Origin: an uncultured Gammaproteobacteria bacterium
GTDB lineage: Bacteria > Pseudomonadota > Gammaproteobacteria > CAWCPV01
Assembly (NCBI GenBank): GCA_963797555.1
Contig: CAWCPV010000019.1
Span: 11,117-75,116 of the forward strand
Reading direction: 5' to 3'
DNA length: 64,000 nt
In this document: piece by piece, positions 53,345-61,724 of the stretch
How positions within the stretch are numbered: position 1 is the stretch's first letter
Layout of the letters: each line of letters starts with the position of its first letter
Translations under genes and position numbers: made by a program
The notes under the pieces: generated by a model
Seen by the model: the letters and a program-made list of their open reading frames with translations, nothing else
Databases searched by the model: none
What the model was told of the DNA's origin: nothing

Positions 53345-53620
53345 GGGACAAAAGTCGTAATGTCCCCTTTGACCAAAGTAGAAATGTCTTCTTTCGGCGC
53401 TTGAAGGGGGACGCATTAGAGGAGGGGTGGTTACGATGAGCCGGTGCGAGTTGAAGCAACTGGAGGTGGTGCAGGTAGCGGGCAGGCGGAAGAAGCGGGG
53501 CGAAGGGGCCCGGACGCTGCGGTTTATCGGTTCGGCAGGTGAAGCGCCTGATGCGCAGGTATCGACAGGACGCGGCGGGGGCTTGGTGAGCAAGCGCCGG
53601 GGCCGCCCATCCCATTTGTG
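53345..53620 (+). mobile_element. ISNCY/IS481-like left end with transposase N-terminal fragment
   Basis: TGTCCCCTTTGACCAAAGTAGAAATGTC end repeats; MSRCELKQLEVVQ...GLVSKRRGRPS. Confidence 0.6.
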
Positions 53621-53757
53621 CATCCGAAGCTAGAACGCTTCAGGAGGGCTCTGCCCGAATCAGCAGAGCCTTAACAGCGCTCCGGCGCCACGCGTAACAC
53701 CGCCGGGGCTGCGGCGGGTTCCTCGCCTCGGCGCTTCACGGCTTCCCTGGCTCGTCA

Positions 53758-54975
53758 TCAATCCCGGACCTTGAACAGGTCCGCCTGGAGGCCGGAAAAG
53801 CTGAGCTCGGCAGGAATCTCGGCACCGTCTCTGACCTGCAGCGTCCCGCGCTCGCTCGAATAGCTGAGTCCAGCGACATGTCCGATCGTCAGTAAATAGT
53901 CCCCCGCCTGCAGCCGCTTCGCGTCGCCGATCCGGGCATACGCGTAAACGTTGTTTGGAAGCAGGTAGTAGCCCGCATGGGCGCGAATGTAGCGCGCCAC
54001 GGGTTTCCCGTCATCGACCATGACAAAGATACGCTCCCGCTCGCTGGGCAAGCTTTTCTTGATCCTCTCCATCAATTCAAACAGCTCTCCATCCTCGGCA
54101 GCCAGCCGTTTCTCCTCCCAGGTTTTCCCGGCAAACTGCCGCTCGGTGACTCCTAGCTGTTGCCACAGGTCCCACTGCCACCTGCCATCCAGGGCAAACC
54201 AGCCGAGCAGAAAGAGGGCGACCGCAACCCGCAGGTCCCATTGCGTGCGCCTGAACCTTATGAGCACCGCATACAGGAGCAATGCCAGGGCGACCACGGC
54301 TGCCACCGCGGGCACTGCGCGCACCGTAGCGCTACCCGCGCCGCCCACAATGAAATTGATGGACCGGCCAGTCCAACCTTGGAAGCCGGTCCACCCCGCC
54401 CACAAATCGCGTAAAGCATTGGCAGGCGATTGCGGCTCCAGGGTGAGGCGTTCGATGACGAGTGGTTGGTGCAAAGTACCCTGGACCGCGAGGCCGAGTG
54501 CGATCACCTGGCCCTGCCAGCGGGGATCGTCGGCAAGGCGCACCCACATGCTTGTACCCTGCGGAATCGCCAGGGCTGGAGTCTCACCGGTCTCGCCCCG
54601 GACGTTCCAAACGAGCAGGAGCTTCGCCTGTGGCTGCCGACCTGCCGTTTCAAGGACCACGTAAGGATAGCTCTCAGCATCGACGTTCAGATCGCCGGTC
54701 CGGGCAGCCGCCTGACCGCCCTGCGCGAGCCGGTCGATGCTTAAACCCGTGGCGGTAGCAACGCCGTGCCCGAAGAGCATCCGCAGGTCCTTTCCCGCCC
54801 AGCCCAGCGGCGGGGACGCTCCCGACCAGTGACCGCGCATCGCGTAGAGGGCATAGGCGGCCGTGAGGGTAATAAGGCTCGCGACGGCAAGCCCCAGAGC
54901 CATTGCCAGCCAGCCGAGCCGGGCGCGCCCCGGCGGCCTTGAACTGGCTTCTAGCCTCCCTTCATTTGCCGCCAT
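53758..54975 (-). CDS. Hypothetical membrane protein with periplasmic beta-sandwich-like domain
   Basis: N-terminal TM, soluble domain (L.DDPRWQGQV..LGL), WTGRSINF, two further TMs, YYLLPNNV. Confidence 0.7.
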   Translation of the reverse strand: MAANEGRLEASSRPPGRARLGWLAMALGLAVASLITLTAAYALYAMRGHWSGASPPLGWAGKDLRMLFGHGVATATGLSIDRLAQGGQAAARTGDLNVDAESYPYVVLETAGRQPQAKLLLVWNVRGETGETPALAIPQGTSMWVRLADDPRWQGQVIALGLAVQGTLHQPLVIERLTLEPQSPANALRDLWAGWTGFQGWTGRSINFIVGGAGSATVRAVPAVAAVVALALLLYAVLIRFRRTQWDLRVAVALFLLGWFALDGRWQWDLWQQLGVTERQFAGKTWEEKRLAAEDGELFELMERIKKSLPSERERIFVMVDDGKPVARYIRAHAGYYLLPNNVYAYARIGDAKRLQAGDYLLTIGHVAGLSYSSERGTLQVRDGAEIPAELSFSGLQADLFKVRD

Positions 54976-54989
54976 CTGGGCCTTGGTAT

Positions 54990-55228
54990 CGAACGCGTCG
55001 CTCCCGGACCGAGCGTCGACAGACACACCCCGGCACGCCCCTCTGATGCGGGCGTGAACACCCCCATGAAGGCCGCTCCTGCTCGTGGCGGGCGGTGACG
55101 AACCGGATGGCGGAGTCGAGCAAGGCCTCCATAGAGCTCCAGATTCTCCTCCCCCCGGTGATGCCGAGGAGATACTCCACTCCCCCCTCGTTTTCCCAGC
55201 TGCGGACAAAGATCTGGGCTGCCTTCAT
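54990..55228 (-). pseudogene. Acetolactate synthase large subunit N-terminal fragment
   Basis: Combined frames give MKAAQIFVRSWENEG.VEYLLGI.GEENL..MEALLDSAIRFVTARHEQGAAFM...AGVCLSTLGPGAT. Confidence 0.75.
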
Positions 55229-55511
55229 CGTGCGTGTTGCGCCTCCTCTTCTCATCCTCGCGCTTACCCGCCTCCCGATCCAGATGCTCGACTTGATCCT
55301 CGGCCTCCCGTTCTCCTCCTTGAACTACGGCAATCTCGTCCCTCAGATGTTGGAGCGCTTCTAGTCTGGCCCCAACGAAGCGCATTGTGCCCGACGCTGA
55401 ACTGAACCTGTGGTCGCCACGCCTGGCGGTGCATGATGCAAGCGTTCTGGGGGTCATTTTCCGGTGAATTGGCGCACCCGGTATCACCCCAAAGCCCCGG
55501 CGCCAGCGCAT

Positions 55512-56279
55512 TCACGCTGTTGACCCCTGCGACGCTGGTGTGCGGAAGCTGCTGGCGACATCGTGGAATTGCTGAGGGGGACACTGACGAACGGCTTCAG
55601 CAAGAGAGTTCAGCACCCGTTGGGTAGCTTCCCCGGCCGAGCCACCGACCCACACCGGATCGAAGAAGCTCAGGTCGTGCATCTGCAGACTGGCGTCGTA
55701 CCTGATGGTCATTGGGATGAGGGGAACTTGAGCCAGGGCCGCAAATCGCGCTGGACCGGTCTGCATGTAGATCGTTTGCCCCAGGAACGTAAAGCGGTCC
55801 TCCTTGTGAGGCTGGCCATACTCCCTCACATCCAGGGCGAGTCCGAGGAGGTTTCCGGCCTTGACCCACGCCAATGCCTTCCTGGGGCTCTCGTCGCTGA
55901 ATATCAGTGGCTGACCATAAAGGCTCGCAGCCCGGCCATGCACCCATTGCCAGTATCCGATATCCGCGGCGGGCATCATCTCTAGCCTGAGATTGCGTCG
56001 AGAAACCATCGCCGAGTATGGCAGGCCGAGTTGGTGGACGATCGCACCACCGGCCAGAAAGAAGCTGCCGAAATGCAGAAACGCCAGAGCGGCACCCGTC
56101 CCGGCTGGCGGCAACTGCGCCGCATTGTGGATGGCCACCCGCCGCCGGGCATAGTGTCGGGAGTATCGAGACACCTCGCAACGCATGAAGCGATAATAAT
56201 CCCGCTGTGTGTACGCAGCAGCCAAGGGGGGCGGTACGGCGAGGAGCCGGCCGAGCAGTTCTCGGACTAACCGAGGCAT
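55512..56279 (-). CDS. LpxL/VexE-like acyltransferase
   Basis: LHFGSF, GNLLGLALD, FTFLG..MQTGPARFAALAQVPLIP. Confidence 0.72.
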   Translation of the reverse strand: MPRLVRELLGRLLAVPPPLAAAYTQRDYYRFMRCEVSRYSRHYARRRVAIHNAAQLPPAGTGAALAFLHFGSFFLAGGAIVHQLGLPYSAMVSRRNLRLEMMPAADIGYWQWVHGRAASLYGQPLIFSDESPRKALAWVKAGNLLGLALDVREYGQPHKEDRFTFLGQTIYMQTGPARFAALAQVPLIPMTIRYDASLQMHDLSFFDPVWVGGSAGEATQRVLNSLAEAVRQCPPQQFHDVASSFRTPASQGSTA

Positions 56280-56284
56280 GCGGG

Positions 56285-57478
56285 TCAGGCCCAGTGATGA
56301 TCCAACCTCACCAATCCGACCTCTCTCGTAGCAGAGATGACTTCGAAGGTCTGACACCGCGTCCACTCCTCCAATACGACGAGCCCCGTGGAATCGAACA
56401 AATAAGCGGTGAGAACGTATTCTCCCGACAGCAGGGGGATTTCGTTAAAGTGCAGGATCGCTCGCCACAGCCCCTCCCCTAGCGGCTCCGGGGCCACACC
56501 CTCCATGTGGGTGCCGACGCCGTAGACCCATACTCCGTCCGACCGCTCCAGCAGTATCCCGATATGGGGCGGAGGCTGGTCTTCCTTCAGCCACGCGGTA
56601 ACCGCCACCGCGAGATGTCCGCCTAGCAGCAACGGGCGGTCGCCTGCGACCACTCCATCGAGGTTCACCCCGGTAATCTTCCCCAGGCAGCCTGCAGACT
56701 GCCCTGCCGTAGGCGGCCGCAAAGCTACCACCTTCTCCGGGGCAGGCTCGCTTGCATTCTCCTTGCGCAGGTGGGTCTCGTAGGCAGCCAACACCTCCAC
56801 CACCGCGCCCGCGGCAGCCACGCGCCCGCCATCCAGCCACAGTGCCTGGGAGCAAAGCTGTCTGACGTGATATAGACTATGCGAACAAAAGAGGATGGTG
56901 CATCCGCGGTTGCGAAACGCGATCATGCGGTCTATGCACTTCTTCTGGAAGTGCTGATCCCCGACCGCGAGTGCCTCGTCCACGACCAGGATCTCGGGAT
57001 CGACGGAGGTCACCAGGGAGAAGGCCAGCCGCATGAACATGCCAGAGGAGTATGTCTTGACCGGGCGTTCAATGAATTCCCCCAGCTCGGAGAAGGCAAC
57101 GATGTCGTTGAACCGCCGATCCAGCTCCGTGCGCGTGATGCCCATGAGCGAGCCGGCGAAGAAAATGTTGTCGCGACCCGTGAATTCCGGGTGAAATCCG
57201 GTGCCTAGCTCGAGGATGGCCGTAAGCCTGCCATGCCGGGTGATAGTTCCAGTCGTTGGCTGCAGCGTCCCGGTTATGAGCTTCAGCAGGGTGCTCTTGC
57301 CCGCTCCGTTGTCACCCACGATGCCCAAGCACGTGCCCGCGGGCACGCGCCACGAGGCATCCGCCAAGGCCCAATAAGGCCGATGGGCCGTCCGCCCGGT
57401 CAACAGCTCCCGCAGCCGCTGCGCCGGGTGGTCGTAGATCCGGTAGCACTTGCCCAGACCATTGAACTCCAGCGCCAT
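56285..57478 (-). CDS. Wzt ABC ATPase with C-terminal carbohydrate-binding domain
   Basis: GDNGAGKST, GFHPEFTGRDN, YSSGM, DEALAVGDQHFQKKC, plus a ~150-aa Wzt_C-like tail (LLSGEYVL). Confidence 0.92.
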   Translation of the reverse strand: MALEFNGLGKCYRIYDHPAQRLRELLTGRTAHRPYWALADASWRVPAGTCLGIVGDNGAGKSTLLKLITGTLQPTTGTITRHGRLTAILELGTGFHPEFTGRDNIFFAGSLMGITRTELDRRFNDIVAFSELGEFIERPVKTYSSGMFMRLAFSLVTSVDPEILVVDEALAVGDQHFQKKCIDRMIAFRNRGCTILFCSHSLYHVRQLCSQALWLDGGRVAAAGAVVEVLAAYETHLRKENASEPAPEKVVALRPPTAGQSAGCLGKITGVNLDGVVAGDRPLLLGGHLAVAVTAWLKEDQPPPHIGILLERSDGVWVYGVGTHMEGVAPEPLGEGLWRAILHFNEIPLLSGEYVLTAYLFDSTGLVVLEEWTRCQTFEVISATREVGLVRLDHHWA

Positions 57479-58272
57479 TAGAGCCAGTCCACCACGTGTT
57501 CCCGGGACCGCCGCAGCAGAGCGCCACCGATGAGGTAAAGCAGCGTTATCCAGGCGAGCAATAAGCCGATTGCGAGGACTCCGGGCGACTCGCCCTTCAG
57601 GATGATGGCATGGTAACCGATCACGAGCGGAGTGCCCGGATTGAGCCAGACGACGGCTCGGAAGGCCTGCGGCACCCGATCCAGGGGGTAAAAGACGGGG
57701 GATATGAAGATCCATATCGTGGTCAAGAAGCCAACCACCTGCACAACGTCCCGCAGGGCTGCTGCCAGAATGGCCAGCACCAAGGCGAGCAGGAAGGTAA
57801 TCGAGAGCTGCATCAGGAACCAGAGCGGCAGAAGCAGTAGGCTAAGGTCGAGTCGTCCACGCGCCACGGCTAGCGCGGCGGCGTAAAGCGCAACGATGGG
57901 AAGATACAACAGGGCCGACGCCAACGCAGCCTGGGCAGGGAATAGTTCTAGAGGTAATGCAGTCTTGCGCAGCAGTCCACCTGCGTCGACCAGACTGGTC
58001 ATACCACGCATCACGCCCTCGTTCAGCGCGAGCCAGGGAATCAATCCCGCCAGCAAGTACACACCAAAGTGCCTGGTGCCGTTGGAATCTCCCAGTCGCA
58101 CGGCGAATACCACGTCGAACAGGAACAGGTACGCCGCCGCAGTCAGTAACGGCTGCAGCAGCGCCCACAGCAGACCGCCGGCCGAGCCGATGTAGCGCTG
58201 CCTGAGGTCTCGCCGTGCCAGATACCACAGAAGGTGGCGTGTGTGCCAGATCATGTGCATGGGTTCAGCCAT
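57478..58272 (-). CDS. Wzm ABC permease
   Basis: RRDLRQRYIGS.GG.LW.LLQP, LRDV.QV, SPVFYP, LNP. Confidence 0.92.
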   Translation of the reverse strand: MAEPMHMIWHTRHLLWYLARRDLRQRYIGSAGGLLWALLQPLLTAAAYLFLFDVVFAVRLGDSNGTRHFGVYLLAGLIPWLALNEGVMRGMTSLVDAGGLLRKTALPLELFPAQAALASALLYLPIVALYAAALAVARGRLDLSLLLLPLWFLMQLSITFLLALVLAILAAALRDVVQVVGFLTTIWIFISPVFYPLDRVPQAFRAVVWLNPGTPLVIGYHAIILKGESPGVLAIGLLLAWITLLYLIGGALLRRSREHVVDWL

Positions 58273-59704
58273 ACGATTTATCGGTAGACCCCAGGGGGGC
58301 GGCTTGGGGCAGAGGCGATGCGGCAGCCGGTGGCAACTGCGCCCCTCCCGATAGTCCGGTCCCGCTCGGCGTCCCGCCTTGTCTTGGCGCACATCTGCAC
58401 GACTCGAGGCCGGTATGGTTAGCTTTGCGGGCGGTTGCCGTAACGAGCTGGCGGCGGTCCAGGTGGGCGGACAAGCGGCGTCGGTAAGCAACGAGGAATG
58501 CCATGGGTGCGGGGGGAGCGCCGAATGGCCAGTGTCCGCTCCAGCCCCACGGCGCATCCGGCCACCGCCGCAGACAGCCGTCGCAACGCTCGACTGCCGG
58601 GGTGAGCGCGAACAGATACTTGTAACGCAGGGGCCTTAGTAGGGATCGTGATGTCTGTTGTGCCTGCCCAAACGGAGCGGTCCTCAGCCGCGCTGAGCGT
58701 GGCGCGGTCGGGCACACAGCAAACCGCGCAGCATCCTCTTCGTTTGGCGTGACGATCGGAGGAGGGACGTTCGCGAACCGCACGCTCGGTTGCAACAGCG
58801 CTTCTTCAGCGTATCCTACGCGTGCCGGGATTCCTTCGATACCTGCGTGCCTCGTTGAGGGGACAGCGCACGCATTGCACACATATCCATTGTATCAAAG
58901 CGAGCCGCATGGAAACCGCCCATTCCATCGCCTGCTGCGCGGAGGGGCGGTCGAGCCGTCGACACTTCTCAGACGAACCTTCTTCAGATACGGGGCACCG
59001 GCCAGATGGCAGCAGGAGGCTGCACGCTGGCGGCTCGAACAGCGGAACACAGGGAATCCGGACGTGCTCCGCCCTTACAGGATCCACTACGCGGGCGCCC
59101 AGCGTGCCAGGCAACTCAAACTCTCGGCGGTTCTCTCAATTTCCCCACGGGTTCGTCGTGCGAATCCTCCGTGCGGATCCTCCGTGGGGCCAGGGAGTGA
59201 CCGCCCGAGCCTCAATCGATCCTCACCGCGTCTGGCTAGACCGATTGCACGCCACGGGCGCAGCATCCCCATGCCGCACTCGATGTGCCGGCGGGTCCCA
59301 CTCCGGCGCAGGCACTGCTGGACGCTGCCTCTCAAACAGGATCTCCGCTCTTGCGCACTTCCCAGCGACGTAACGAAAGATCACACTGACACTCGAACCG
59401 CCACACGCCACACACCGCCGGCTTCGCGGCTTCTTCCGCGCAACAGCCGACCTCTTGACCGCTCCAGACGGCATCACGCCGCCCAACGCCTCTCTCGTCA
59501 ACGCCGGGTAGCCGGCAACATCCATACGGTCGAGCGAACCTGCCCTGAAAGGCACAACGAGGCTTTCAGGGTCCAGCCCTTTCAGCACGGCAAAAGCGCA
59601 ACGACGAGAAGAAGGATTCGTGCAGCGGCCAGCGCGTCGCACGGTCCCGCGACGAGGAGAGCAGAGACATGCGTACACCGCCCTTTTTCGGGCTCCCAAC
59701 CGCG

Positions 59705-60603
59705 CTACTTAACGCCCCGCTCGTGGGCCAAAGCGGTTTGAAGCTGCTGCGCGTTGCCAGGCGTGCTGAAGCCGATGAGGCTGAACGCGATGCCAGCAGT
59801 GGTCGGGGCACCGGACCCGTCGTCGGCCACTTCGGGTAGATCGACGAGCACGAAGCCGGACGTGGCACCGCCGGGTCGGGACAGGCATGAGGACTCAACG
59901 TTGATGACATTCAGCATCTTGCTCACCAAGGCGCCCGGTGTCTTGTTCCGCTCGGTGTCGAACACCTGGACGCTCGTGGCGCTGCGGTTGCAGCCGTCGC
60001 CGCCCCCGCGGCAGTTGCGGTCGAGCCAAACCACGAGCTTGGTCGCGGCGGCGAGCGACGGGTCGATGAAGTACCTCAGGTCAAACCTCGCCGTGTCTAA
60101 GGTGTCCCCGTCCCCGTTGTCGAGCGGGATACCGGCGGTGAGCGGCGAGTAGCTGGAGGGTACATTGCCTGTGTACCGCACCTCGTCCACGCCCTGCTGG
60201 AGCGAGGGTCCATCGGTGCTGTCCGTCAGCGGCGCGACGGGCACGAAGGCTGCGGATTCCCAGTTGCCCTGGATTATCGTTGAAGAAGTACCAGTGGATG
60301 ACGCCGCTCGCGACCGTGGGGTCTGCCAGGTCGCACACGGTAGCCCCTTCCTGAGCGGCGGTCGTGTATCCCGAACCTGTGAAATCCCCATCGGCCTGCT
60401 CCTCCTGCACCGGATCTTTGCCGAGCTCCAGGGGCACCGTGATCCCCACCAGGGTGTTCACCTGCTGAGCAGAATCGTAAATGACGACAGGCACCAGGAG
60501 CGCTTCCCCCGGCTCCCCCAAGGTGATGGCGTGAGCCGCCAGCGGCAGCGCGAGGCCGATCGCCGCAGCGCAGGCGGCAAGCTTCTGGACGACCTTAAGT
60601 CAT
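59705..60603 (-). pseudogene. Second secreted surface protein, disrupted
   Basis: SD GGAGG; signal MTKVVQKLAACAAAIGLALPLAAHA after removing one T; ITLGEPGEALLVP; frame break at ~60275; C-terminal QTALAHERGVK. Confidence 0.62.
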
Positions 60604-61724
60604 GGTTAACCCCTCCTGAAGTTGTGAGAAGCCGTGGGTGTGCTATCGACTCAGCTAGGTGGCAGAGCCCGGCGTCAGCTCGCCCCCGCAAGCTTGCCCC
60701 TCGAACGGGCCAGTGCGCATCCTGCCTCAGCGTCGTACATAATCTTGCCGGACGCTCACAATCCTCGGGCTGTCGACGCTGAGCGACTTGAGAGCCATCA
60801 CTATCAGCAGGCTGTGCTGCGGCCCGGGAAAGAAACGACTTGCTCCGGTGAATCACTCCGACACTTGCGAGGAGCGCATCGCGGGCCAGAGCACCCCGTG
60901 CCCCGAAAAACGGACAGGACAATCGGCGACTCCGAGTCGTTTCAGGAACGACCCTATAAGGCAGACGCTAGGCCAAAGACCGATGCACGAAACGTCGCGT
61001 ATCGTACAGGAGGATTGGTTCCGAGGCAAGCATGAGTCTTTTCCAACATGGTTTGGAGTCTGGACGGGTGGTGCGTGTTTCGAGCAAGGTATGGGTCTGA
61101 AGCGAGCTGAGTGGATCGATCATCGGGGGCATGGTGGCCGACATGAGTGAGCAGAAGCTGGTCACGCCGACGCAGTTGCGGCAATCCATGGAAGGCACTG
61201 CGGACGTTGAGTTTCGGGAATGTGGCACGACGAGGACCGCTACCGGCTGGGGGTGGAATTCACCAGGTCGCAGTTCCAACACTCCACCTGGACTGGAACG
61301 AAGTGGTTCGGAGCGTCGATAGACAACAATTAGCTCGGCGACGCTGTCACCGACATGCGAAGCCAACCGGGATATGCGGACCTGAGCTCGGAGACCGCTG
61401 ATTACCGCTTGGTTGCCATCTACGCGTTCGTGGAAGTGTACTTGAGCCGTCCCGACAATGCGTCCAGTGTGGGGGGAATGTTCGATGGATTCCTAGTGCG
61501 CACACATTAGGTTTTCCGCGGCACAACCGCCCGCTCCCGGATCACCTCCCGAAACGGCGACGTTTATTTCCTGCTATCGGGTCCCTGCTATCGCGTTGAG
61601 TGTTGGACCGCTCCTCCCCTCTGTGGTCAGCCGTATGATACACACGGACTTTTTTGGCATCGCCTCCCACCAGGGATTGAGGTCTCAGGCACTCAGGTGC
61701 CACTATTCCTACATGTCATCGTAT

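Noticed and set aside
58749-59741. 330-aa plus-strand ORF and similar Arg/Pro-rich shadow ORFs throughout the window
   Set aside because: Composition is typical of spurious GC-rich frames, with no motifs, and most lie antisense to real genes.
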